In this document: positions 45,097-53,503 of the stretch, piece after piece
How the letters are laid out: every line of letters begins with the position of its first letter
Position numbering within the stretch: the stretch's first letter is position 1
NCBI GenBank assembly: GCA_963734545.1
Contig: CAVTHO010000007.1
Coordinates: 896,001-960,000, forward strand
Origin: an uncultured Spirochaetota bacterium
Lineage (GTDB): Bacteria; Spirochaetota; Spirochaetia; SZUA-6; Fen-1364
DNA length: 64,000 bases
Direction: 5' to 3'
The notes under the pieces: model-generated
Databases searched by the model: none
What the model saw: only the letters and a program-made list of their open reading frames with translations
What the model was told of the DNA's origin: nothing
Made by a program: the position numbers and the translations under genes

Positions 45097-47406
45097 TTGG
45101 CGGAGGAGGCAGGGGAAATTCCAGCCCATATGCGGGAGTTGGTTCTCTTCACGCTCGAGGACACTCACTACGGCATCTGGAGGGATCAGATCCTCTCGAT
45201 GGAGGCTGTACAGTCGCTGCATCGACTGCCGTTCGCCAGATCGAGCCTGACCGTGCTGTCGGTATATGGCGGGCAGACCCAGACACTGGCCGACCTGCCG
45301 CTGTGCCTGGGGCATCCGGCAACCAGGGACGCGAAAGGGGCGAACGCCTGGCTGTTGTCCGAACGGGAGTCGATCCGCGGATTCCTCGTGAGCGGAGAAA
45401 GCGCGTCAGTCCAGGTATCTCCGGAGACTCTTGTTCGCGTACCCGACTTTCTGCGCGGCCTTCCAATAGAAGCTTTTTTCGACCACGACTCTCTCCCGGT
45501 GCCCGTGCTCAACGTCTCCGCCATTCATGAGCGAGTACGCAAAGCCGAGCGGGAGAAGCCCGCGCCCCCCCTGGCCCTGCATGCGCTGCCGGCCCGGCAA
45601 TCGAGTCCTGCAGCCAGGTTCAGGGTTTTTACTTCATCAGGGAGCCTCTTCGCCGCTCCCGGCGCCGACGTTGCAGAGGTGACCTTGAGCGGCCGCCGGG
45701 TTGCGCGCCTGCCGCTCCTCCCGCCGAACATCGAGGGAGTGGCGCTTTCGCACAACAGCGTCATTCCTGTCGTCGATCTTGCCCATCGCGTAAGCGGAAA
45801 AAACAGCCAGGAGAACTCCCGGATCCTCGAAGCGAAACTGGACGGTGCCGCCCTCGGCTTTCTCATCGACGAGGATGAGGGGGAATGGACTTCGGCAGAT
45901 GTCATGGTCAAAGAGCTCCCGCCGGTCCTGCGCGCGCCGTGGATGGGCGCGGCGGTGCTCCGAGGTGCACACGTCGCCCCCCTCATCGACCTCGGCGCTC
46001 TGCTGTCCAGCCCTGCCAGGAGCGCAAGCGGCAGCCCGCATCCACGTCCCTATTCGCCTGATTCACGGTTTCCCGCTGTGTTCGGGCACCAGCCGGTCGA
46101 GGTCATCGAGTTTTCCGCTCTCGGCACGATCTTTGCGGTTCCACAGAGTGAAGCGGCGGATGTCCTGCCTTGTCAGCCGTTCCAGGAGTTCCCCCTGGCC
46201 ACCGGGCTCGTGGCAGGCCTGGCGGATTTCGGCGGCGAGCTTGTCCCCGTCATCGACCTGGCCCGGATTGGCGGAGAATCTCCGCAGAGAACCGCAGATT
46301 GGCGGATGATCGTGCTCAAGAACGGAGATTTCAGAGCGCTCGTCGTGTGCGCAAGCACGCGCGCCGCGCGCACGCTCGAGCGCGAGGTGCAGCGTGACGT
46401 GCCTGTTGTGCTCCCCTTCCCGGTTGTCTACGGGTGCTATACCGACGGGGAGGCCGTCCGGCTCGTCCTGAATATCGAAGAGCTCACGGTACATTACCAC
46501 CAGTCCGACGCCGCGCTTCTTCTGCCTGTTCTTGCGAAGGCCGCGGGAGAAGGCCCGATAGGCGCCCCGGTCACCCACCATGCGCAGGAGCCGGTGCTGC
46601 CTGCAATGGTTCCCACGGAGCCTGCCGTTCCTGCCCACGCTGTCGAGAGACCTGTTTCTCCCGGCCAGGATCTGGCGGAACCTGTTGTTCCGGCGCAGGA
46701 CATGCCGCAGCCTCCCCTCTCCGCCCCTGCCGCAGAGGAAGGATCTCTGACAGAGCTCCCGATGCCTTCCGAACCCCCGCTCCCGGCTGAGCTCGAGCTG
46801 AGCTCTCTGGAGCCAAGTCCCGAAGAGCCTGCTCCCGCGGAATCCGTTCCGCTGGAGCCCAGCCCGGTGGCCGAACGGCAGGCGCCGACCGAATCGGCTC
46901 CTTCCCTTGGGGATGAATTTGGATTCGAGCCGGTTCAGCCGGCTGAAACAGCCGCCCCGCGGACGCCCACCCCTGCCGGGCCCGAACCTGCGCGACAGGA
47001 TGAAAGGCCGATCTCTCGATCAAAGAAGCCCGCGCCCGCTCGCGGGAGAGTAGTGAGGCGAGTGCTGTTTGCGGCGGCAATCGCCATACTCGTGGCCGCG
47101 GGCGTCGTTGCGGGTCTCCGTCTTGGAATATTCCTGCCCCGGCCGGCCGTGCCGGCTGCACCGACCGCACCTGCTGTGCCGGTCGCACCGGCCGCACCGA
47201 CCGACCTGAAGTCGGACGCCACGACAAGTACGGAGTCCTCGCCTCCCGCGGATACGCTCTATGTCGTGAAACAGGGCGATACGCTGTGGGACATCGCTGC
47301 CCGGTTCACGGGGGACCCGCACAACTTCCGCGGCCTCGCCGCACACAATGGAATAGCGGATCCTGATGTGATTTCTCCCGGGCAGGTGATCAAGGTGCCG
47401 CGCTAG
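45097..47406 (+). CDS. Triple CheW-like domains, Pro/Glu-rich linker, TM helix and C-terminal LysM domain
   Basis: Three repeats ending QTLADL / VIPVVDL / LVPVIDL; RGRVVRR followed by VLFAAAIAILVAAGVVAGL; YVVKQGDTLWDIAARF...NGIADPDVISPGQVIKVP. Confidence 0.8.
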   Translation: MAEEAGEIPAHMRELVLFTLEDTHYGIWRDQILSMEAVQSLHRLPFARSSLTVLSVYGGQTQTLADLPLCLGHPATRDAKGANAWLLSERESIRGFLVSGESASVQVSPETLVRVPDFLRGLPIEAFFDHDSLPVPVLNVSAIHERVRKAEREKPAPPLALHALPARQSSPAARFRVFTSSGSLFAAPGADVAEVTLSGRRVARLPLLPPNIEGVALSHNSVIPVVDLAHRVSGKNSQENSRILEAKLDGAALGFLIDEDEGEWTSADVMVKELPPVLRAPWMGAAVLRGAHVAPLIDLGALLSSPARSASGSPHPRPYSPDSRFPAVFGHQPVEVIEFSALGTIFAVPQSEAADVLPCQPFQEFPLATGLVAGLADFGGELVPVIDLARIGGESPQRTADWRMIVLKNGDFRALVVCASTRAARTLEREVQRDVPVVLPFPVVYGCYTDGEAVRLVLNIEELTVHYHQSDAALLLPVLAKAAGEGPIGAPVTHHAQEPVLPAMVPTEPAVPAHAVERPVSPGQDLAEPVVPAQDMPQPPLSAPAAEEGSLTELPMPSEPPLPAELELSSLEPSPEEPAPAESVPLEPSPVAERQAPTESAPSLGDEFGFEPVQPAETAAPRTPTPAGPEPARQDERPISRSKKPAPARGRVVRRVLFAAAIAILVAAGVVAGLRLGIFLPRPAVPAAPTAPAVPVAPAAPTDLKSDATTSTESSPPADTLYVVKQGDTLWDIAARFTGDPHNFRGLAAHNGIADPDVISPGQVIKVPR

Positions 47407-47481
47407 GCTCGGCCTTTTGGCCCTGGACTGGGCGCCAACGGCGGACGAAGTCCGCTCCACGCGACCAGAGCGGTACTCCGC

Positions 47482-47608
47482 ACTCGCTCGCCCCTCGCCA
47501 TCCAACTCCGCGGAGTACCGCGGAAGGTCTACGGGCTCGCTTCCGTCCATCCCTGGACTCGCTCGCCCTCGGCATCCAACTCCGCGGAGTACCGCGGAAG
47601 GCCTACGG
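47482..47608 (-). repeat. Two tandem copies of a GTAG-type REP-like palindromic element
   Basis: Copies at 47482-47534 and 47557-47608; minus strand GTAG(A/G)CCTTCCGCGGTACTCCGCGGAGTTGGATG...GCGAGCGAGT. Confidence 0.75.
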
Positions 47609-48616
47609 ATACGCTCTCTTGAACATCGGCACGCGCGCTTCGGCGTTCAGGGCAAAGCTCGAGAGCTTCCCCGCGACAAGCGCATGATAGCCGATCCCGG
47701 CGACCATTGCGGCGTTGTCCGTGCAAAGCTTCAGAGACGGAAAGATCACCTCGAGGCCCTTCTCCGCTGCCATTCGTTCTCGAAGGTAGCTGTTCGCCGC
47801 GACGCCGCCTCCGGCAACGATCCTGCGCAGGCCCGTGTCCTCCGCGGCGGCCAGGGCACGGTCCACCAGAATGTCGATGGCGGCCTTCTGGAATGAGGCG
47901 GCGATATTGGCCAGGCTCTTTTCCGACTTTCCGTTCCAGAACTGCGCGCTCTGATGAATGACCGCGGTCTTCAGCCCCGAATACGAAACATCGTAGAATG
48001 CTTCCCCCTTGTGCAGCGAGGGCTTCGGGAACTGGAACGCGCGGGGATCTCCCGTCCGTGCGAGCCGGTCAATGGCCACGCCGCCCGGGAAGCCCATCTG
48101 GTAGTATTTGGCCACCTTGTCGAAAGCCTCCCCGCATGCGTCGTCGATCGTCGTGCCGAGGACCTCGATCGAGTCGCTGCGCTCCACGCGGGCGATGATC
48201 GTATGGCCTCCCGAGACCAGTACGCCCAGGTAGGGGTAGGAGATATCCTGCTCGAGATGAGGCGCGTACAGGTGCGCGAGGATATGGTCCACACCGACCA
48301 GCGGCTTTCCCAGGGCCCAGGCAAGACCCTTGGCAAATGAGAGGCCGACCAGGAGCGAGCCGATGAGCCCGGGCCGGAATGTCACGGCAACGGCGTCGAG
48401 CGCCTCCGCGTTCACGCCGGCCTCCGCGAGCGCATCCTGCACGACTGGTTTGATCCATTCGATGTGCTTCCGGGAGGCGATCTCCGGGACCACGCCATAG
48501 TAGGGCTTGTGAAAATCCACCTGGCTCAGGACGATGTTGCTGAGGATGCGTCGACCGTCCTCGACCACCGCCGCCGCGCACTCGTCACAGGAGCTTTCGA
48601 TTCCGAGAATCCTCAC
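47603..48616 (-). CDS. tsaD: tRNA N6-threonylcarbamoyltransferase
   Basis: LGIESSCDE, GVVPEIASRKH, HILAH, VSGGHT, DDACGEAFDK, SYSGLKT, CTDNAAM. Confidence 0.96.
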   Translation of the reverse strand: MRILGIESSCDECAAAVVEDGRRILSNIVLSQVDFHKPYYGVVPEIASRKHIEWIKPVVQDALAEAGVNAEALDAVAVTFRPGLIGSLLVGLSFAKGLAWALGKPLVGVDHILAHLYAPHLEQDISYPYLGVLVSGGHTIIARVERSDSIEVLGTTIDDACGEAFDKVAKYYQMGFPGGVAIDRLARTGDPRAFQFPKPSLHKGEAFYDVSYSGLKTAVIHQSAQFWNGKSEKSLANIAASFQKAAIDILVDRALAAAEDTGLRRIVAGGGVAANSYLRERMAAEKGLEVIFPSLKLCTDNAAMVAGIGYHALVAGKLSSFALNAEARVPMFKRAYP

Positions 48617-49506
48617 TGTCCAGTTTCCCCTTCCCTTTCACCAAGGACTTCCGTCAGCCGGGCAAGCCGGACACCCTCGGCGGAGAGGTTCCTCTCCTCG
48701 GCGCGCAGTATATCGATGACCCCCTTGTTCTGTACATGCCCGATCAGGACCGAAAAGCCGCGCATCTTCGCTTCCGAGACTCCCTTGACGAACGCGGAGG
48801 CAATATCCGCCTCCGCAGTGCTCTTGTCGACGAAGACGTCACGCTGAAGAAAAGGAACATCGAGCTCACGCGCCACCCGGGGACCGACCGTATCCCCCGT
48901 GGTCCTGCTGTCCACGAAGAATTTTCCCTCCCGCTTCAGAAAGCGCATGACAGTGCTCATCAAAGCCTCGTCGGCCGTTGCCCGGGAGCCCATGTGATTG
49001 TTCATACCCTGCGCGCCCGGAACCGATTCAAACGCGGCAGCCAGCAGCGATTCGATCTCGCCCGGGCTCTGGTCAACGCGCAGCGCCCCGGGCCCCGGGT
49101 CCTCACCCCCGGTGGCTTCCATGGGACAGTGCAGGATCAGGTCTTTGCCCGCCGCGAGCACGCGCCGCGCCGCCTCCCGACTGTGCGGAAGGTTGGGAAG
49201 GACCGCGATGGTCATGGGTCCGGGGAGGTCGAGGAAGGCCTGCAGCTCGCCGAGGTTGTAGCCGGCGTCGTCTATGATGACCGCAAGCAGTCCCTGCTTC
49301 TCGGGGCGAGGATGACCGGGAGGGCTGGTTCTCGACGTGTCAGCCTGCGGAGCAACAACCGCGGGAGGCCGGTGCGTCGCTGTGGGGGGTACAGTGCCCC
49401 TGCCCGGCTCAGGAGGGCAGGCGACGAGAAGGGCGACAATGCCGGCAACAAGGAGTATGAGGAGGATGGCGGCGAACCGAGCTTTCGGGAGGGGGCGGGA
49501 ACGCAT
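48613..49506 (-). CDS. Divergent polysaccharide deacetylase (YibQ-like)
   Basis: AVIIDDAG, LHCPME, NNHMGS, FVDSRT, RDVFVD, LIGH. Confidence 0.9.
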   Translation of the reverse strand: MRSRPLPKARFAAILLILLVAGIVALLVACPPEPGRGTVPPTATHRPPAVVAPQADTSRTSPPGHPRPEKQGLLAVIIDDAGYNLGELQAFLDLPGPMTIAVLPNLPHSREAARRVLAAGKDLILHCPMEATGGEDPGPGALRVDQSPGEIESLLAAAFESVPGAQGMNNHMGSRATADEALMSTVMRFLKREGKFFVDSRTTGDTVGPRVARELDVPFLQRDVFVDKSTAEADIASAFVKGVSEAKMRGFSVLIGHVQNKGVIDILRAEERNLSAEGVRLARLTEVLGEREGETGQ

Positions 49507-49522
49507 GGTCAACTCCGGAGCC

Positions 49523-50368
49523 TCAGCTGTAGACGTACTCCTTCAGCTCATCGGAGAAGCTCCTGAGTTTCTTGAGCGCGCGGATTTCGATCTGCCGCAC
49601 CGTTTCGGGCGAGATCCCGAGCTCGTCTCCGATCTTCTTCAGCGTGTAGCGCTTGCCGCTGGCAAAAGAGAATCGGTACAACAGAATCTGCCGTTCTTTC
49701 TCCTGCAGGCCGTCGAGAAACTTGAGCGTGTCCTCTCTCAATGTCTTCTGCATGAGCTCCAGCTCGGGGTTGAAGGACATATCTTCAACGACATCGTGAA
49801 GGCTGCCGGAATCTCCCGCGAGGGTGGAATCCAGGGAGGCAACGCTGATGGAAGAGTTGATGATTGACGCGACCTCGTCTTCCTGCAGCCCGATTTCCTC
49901 CGCGATCTCCAGGAGTGTAGGCTCGCGCATGAGCACCTGCGAAAGATTGTTGTACACCTTGCTGATCTTTCGCAGCTTTTCCTCCTGACGGTGAGGAAGC
50001 CTGATCACTCTCTTCTTGTTGGACAACGAGCGAACGATCGACTGCTTGATCCACCAGGACGCATACGTGCTGAAACGCACCTGCTTCCTGAAATCGTACT
50101 TTGATGCCGCTCTCATGAGGCCGAGGTTGCCCTCCTGAATGAGATCGAGAATCGACACTTCCGGCGTAAGGTAGCTCTTCGCAATCCGCACCACCAGGCG
50201 GAGGTTGGACTCTATCAGGAGCGTTCGTGCCTGCTCGTCTCCGGCCTGTATCCGGCGGGAAAGCTCTAATTCTTGTTCGAACGTCAGGAGCTTTGCCTTT
50301 TTGATCTGGCTGAAGTAGGCTTTGAGGTTATCTTCGAAGGAAGTCGAAATCTCCCTCTTCCTGCTCAT
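49523..50368 (-). CDS. Alternative sigma70-family factor lacking region 1.1 (RpoS-like)
   Basis: SNLRLVVRIAK, DLIQEGNLGL, RFSTYASWWIKQ, IRLP, TLKKIGDELGISPETVRQIE; about 281 aa. Confidence 0.88.
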   Translation of the reverse strand: MSRKREISTSFEDNLKAYFSQIKKAKLLTFEQELELSRRIQAGDEQARTLLIESNLRLVVRIAKSYLTPEVSILDLIQEGNLGLMRAASKYDFRKQVRFSTYASWWIKQSIVRSLSNKKRVIRLPHRQEEKLRKISKVYNNLSQVLMREPTLLEIAEEIGLQEDEVASIINSSISVASLDSTLAGDSGSLHDVVEDMSFNPELELMQKTLREDTLKFLDGLQEKERQILLYRFSFASGKRYTLKKIGDELGISPETVRQIEIRALKKLRSFSDELKEYVYS

Positions 50369-50391
50369 CAAACACTCCTGGAAAGAACAAA

Positions 50392-50407
50392 AGCAAAATC
50401 CATGCCA
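50392..50407 (-). promoter_or_regulatory. sigma54 (-24/-12) promoter for the RpoS-like gene
   Basis: Minus strand TGGCATGGATTTTGCT (GG-N10-GC; consensus TGGCAC-N5-TTGCW), just upstream of RBS AGGAG. Confidence 0.75.
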
Positions 50408-50525
50408 CTAGGGAGATGTACAACAATCAAAGTATTTCTTTATCTGGCAAATAGATACTTAACATCCTTTCCGGGCGACAATACATCCAGCTCAATTGTA
50501 CTTTTTTTGATACAATCTTCAAGTA

Positions 50526-50828
50526 TTATTTTGATGATACTTGCCTGTATATCATGTCGGAAAGGCCGAACTGGGCGGTTTCTGCCATCTTCTTCGCGTA
50601 CTCGTCGTAGAGCATTCCCTCGAAAATGTCCTGGCTCATCCCCCCGTTGAGCAGATCATCTCCTTTGTGGACGGTTTTCCGCATAACGTCAAGCATCTGT
50701 TTGATGAACAGCGCCTCGAAATCCTGGCACGCCTTGTACAGCTCGCTGTTCCGGTCTATTGCCGGCTTCTTCGGCTGCGAGCTGTTCATCGGGTATGCAT
50801 ATACGTTGTTCAGGCTTGTGACCTGCAT
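50526..50828 (-). CDS. flgJ: Short FlgJ (rod-binding domain only)
   Basis: LYKACQDFEALFIKQMLDVMRKT, IFEGMLYDEYA. Confidence 0.88.
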   Translation of the reverse strand: MQVTSLNNVYAYPMNSSQPKKPAIDRNSELYKACQDFEALFIKQMLDVMRKTVHKGDDLLNGGMSQDIFEGMLYDEYAKKMAETAQFGLSDMIYRQVSSK

Positions 50829-50839
50829 GTCCCGCCCTT

Positions 50840-51853
50840 TCACATGACAATGAGGCTGCCGAACAGGGCCCCCGCCCTTTCGACGGCCTGGAGCACGCCG
50901 ATTATCACGTCAGCTTTCAAACCCACGGCCTTGAGAGCAGAAACGAAGTCATCCACCGTCGTGGTATCCCCTATCACGAACACATCCGGCGGTCCGGAGG
51001 CGGCTTGCGATGCCGCACCCACGGTGACCCGCGCCGTGCGGTAGGAGACCGCCACCTTTCCGATCCGGACTTTTTCTCCCATGACAATGACGCCCCCGGC
51101 GGCGTTGATGACCACCCTGCCGTCTGAGTCCGGAGTGACGGTGAGCGCTTCAAGCTGGGCGAGAAACCCGACCGGGTTCGCCCTGCTCGCCTGGGGGAGC
51201 TGCACTTCGATGAGTGACGCGTCACGGCTCGTGACGGAGATGCCGGAGAAGGCCGCCTCGATCGCCTTCTGCACGGCGCTGGCCGTCACGAAGTCCGGGT
51301 TGCGCAGGAGGATGGAGACGACATTGTTGTCCAGGTACTGGGACACGACTTCCTTTTCCACGATGGCGCCCGCGGCAATGGCCCCCACGGTCTTCGCGCC
51401 GTTCTGCTCCTGCGTCGTCATCACGCGCCCCTGCGCAACAGCGTAGGTCTGGCCGTTGGCTGCCTGGAGATTCGCCTGCAGGAGGATGCCGCCGTCCAGG
51501 TCCCGCGCGTCACCGATACTGGAGACCGTGACATCGATTCGGTCCCCGGCCCTTGCAAATGGGGGCAGCTCCGCATTCACCATGACTACGGCTGCATTCT
51601 TGCTCCGGATGTCCTGGGGAGCCACGGATACCCCGAAACTCGCCACGAGAGAGGAAAGGGAGGAGCGCAGAAGAGACGAGGTGGACGAATCCCCTTTGCC
51701 ATTGAGCCCGGTGACGAGTCCGAGCCCGAGGATCTGGTTTCCCCTTACGCCCCGCAGGGTGGCGATATCCTTGATCCGAACGGTGGGAACCGCCATGGCG
51801 GAGACACCTGCCGCCGCGATGAACAGAAGAGCCAGGAATCTACGGGAGCTCAA
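50840..51853 (-). CDS. flgI: Flagellar P-ring protein
   Basis: RIKDIA, NQILGLGLVTGLNGKGD, KNAAVVMV, SSIGDA, YAVAQG, PDFVTA. Confidence 0.92.
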   Translation of the reverse strand: MSSRRFLALLFIAAAGVSAMAVPTVRIKDIATLRGVRGNQILGLGLVTGLNGKGDSSTSSLLRSSLSSLVASFGVSVAPQDIRSKNAAVVMVNAELPPFARAGDRIDVTVSSIGDARDLDGGILLQANLQAANGQTYAVAQGRVMTTQEQNGAKTVGAIAAGAIVEKEVVSQYLDNNVVSILLRNPDFVTASAVQKAIEAAFSGISVTSRDASLIEVQLPQASRANPVGFLAQLEALTVTPDSDGRVVINAAGGVIVMGEKVRIGKVAVSYRTARVTVGAASQAASGPPDVFVIGDTTTVDDFVSALKAVGLKADVIIGVLQAVERAGALFGSLIVM

Positions 51854-52698
51854 CTTCCACCACCTTCGCGTCGACAACCCGGCCGATGAAGCTTCTCTGG
51901 CTGTCCGCCACAAACACCGCTACCTTGCCGCCCATCGCGCGCCGTTGCCATGGCTTTCCCTGGCATCTCGATTGTGATGGGTCCTTTGCGGAAGATCACG
52001 TCCACCGGAGCTCCCGATCTCACGCCGTCCGTCGAACCGGATGCACCCGCGGGCGCCGAGAATGAAACCCTGCCCGAAACCGAGCTGCCGCTCGACCCTG
52101 TCAGCGAATAGGAAACCTCGACGGATCCATTGGCGGCCTTCACAACCTGGAAGAGGGGATTCCCATCGATGGGAAGGCTCCCTTTGAGCTGGCTTTGCAC
52201 GAGCGAGAGCTCCGTGCACGCGGCCCCCACCAGGCCCTGGGAGGACAGGAAATCCACGAGACGCGTGAGCAGGTATGTCTCCTCCTCGGGCAGCGCACCG
52301 CGGGGAACCACAATGGTGCGCGAGCCGACGATGATCGAATCCCTTCCGAACACGGCTTCGAGCTGCTCCCGATAGAGAGCCGCGGGGATGAGCAGAACCT
52401 TGTCTCCTGCGACGGCGATGCTACGGGCGAGCGTCTCGCGCGCCGCGGCGGGGATGTCCCCTGCGGCACGCACCAGGTCGCCGAGGCTGACGTCACCGGG
52501 ATCTGCCGTAACAAGCCGATTGACGTAGAGTGTCGTTCCCTGCGCCTCGACGACACCTGCAAGAGAGAGCGCGAGCACGAGAACTGGCAGGAAAAGAATC
52601 CGCGGGGTACCGCGATGCAAGAGAATCCGCGGGGTGCCGCGATGCAAGAGAATCCGCGGGGTGCCGCGATGCTCACATCGGCGCGGAGCACGCCTCAT
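51840..52698 (-). CDS. Probable P-ring chaperone FlgA-like protein; frameshift near 51935
   Basis: Lies between flgG and flgI; C-terminal VRSGAPVDVIFRKGPITIEMPGKAM resembles the FlgA C-domain; signal-peptide h-region present. Confidence 0.6.
52594..52672. repeat. Three tandem 27-bp palindromic units AAGAGAATCCGCGGGGT(A/G)CCGCGATGC within the flgA-like 5' end
   Basis: Directly visible; encodes (HRGTPRILL)x3, last unit ending ILF, on the minus strand. Confidence 0.9.
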
Positions 52699-52708
52699 CG
52701 CGCCGACC

Positions 52709-53503
52709 TTACCTCTTGAGCGAGGTTGCCGTGGCGAGCATGGAGTCAGAGGTCTGGATGGCCCTCGAGTTCAGCTCGTAGGCTCTCTGGGCCACTATCA
52801 TGTTCACCATTTCCTTGACCACGGACACGTTGGACATTTCCAGGAACTTCTGCTGCACCTTGCCCATGCCGTCGAAACCCGGGCGGCCGGGGATTGCGTC
52901 ACCGGATGCATTCGTGGTCTTCATCAGGTTCTCGCCGATCGATTCGAGACCCGCCGGATTCACGAAGCGGTAGATCTCAAGCTGGCCGACCTCGATCGGA
53001 TCGTCGCTTCCGGCAACCTTGACCGTGATCCTTCCATCCTGCGAGATGCTCAGGCTCTCGTTCACGAATCCTTCGGGCAGGATGACCTCGGGGGAGAGCT
53101 TGTAGCCGCCCGATGTCACCAGCTGGCCGTTCGAATCGATCTTGAACGACCCGTCGCGGGTATAGCCGTACGTGCCGTCAAACTGCGTCACGCGGAAAAA
53201 CCCCTCGCCCTCGATGGCCATGTCAGCGGGGTTCCCCGTGGCCTGGAGCGCACCCTGCGTGAATATCTTCTGGGTGGCGGCAGGCTTGACGCCGTGGCCT
53301 ACCTGCACGCCGGTGGGAACCACGGTGGCTTCCGTGGCGGGAGTGCCCGCGAGCCTCTCGGTCTGGTAGAGCAGGTCTTCGAAATCGGCCCGCATCTGCT
53401 TGAAGCCCGTCGTGTTCACGTTCGCCAGGTTATTGGAGATCGTGTCGATGTTGAATTGCTGCCCCGTCATTCCCGACGCGGCCGTCCACAGTGATCTCAT
53501 CAT
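52709..53503 (-). CDS. flgG: Flagellar distal rod protein
   Basis: MMRSLWTAASGM, ISNNLANVNTTGFK, FEDLLYQ, YTRDGSF, LEMSNV, AQRAYELNSR. Confidence 0.95.
   Translation of the reverse strand: MMRSLWTAASGMTGQQFNIDTISNNLANVNTTGFKQMRADFEDLLYQTERLAGTPATEATVVPTGVQVGHGVKPAATQKIFTQGALQATGNPADMAIEGEGFFRVTQFDGTYGYTRDGSFKIDSNGQLVTSGGYKLSPEVILPEGFVNESLSISQDGRITVKVAGSDDPIEVGQLEIYRFVNPAGLESIGENLMKTTNASGDAIPGRPGFDGMGKVQQKFLEMSNVSVVKEMVNMIVAQRAYELNSRAIQTSDSMLATATSLKR

Noticed and set aside
47482-47608. Possible mini-CRISPR array
   Set aside because: Only two units of about 53 bp with a 22-bp gap, no cas genes and no leader; REP-like instead.
52594-52672. Possible CRISPR repeats
   Set aside because: Units are contiguous with no spacers.
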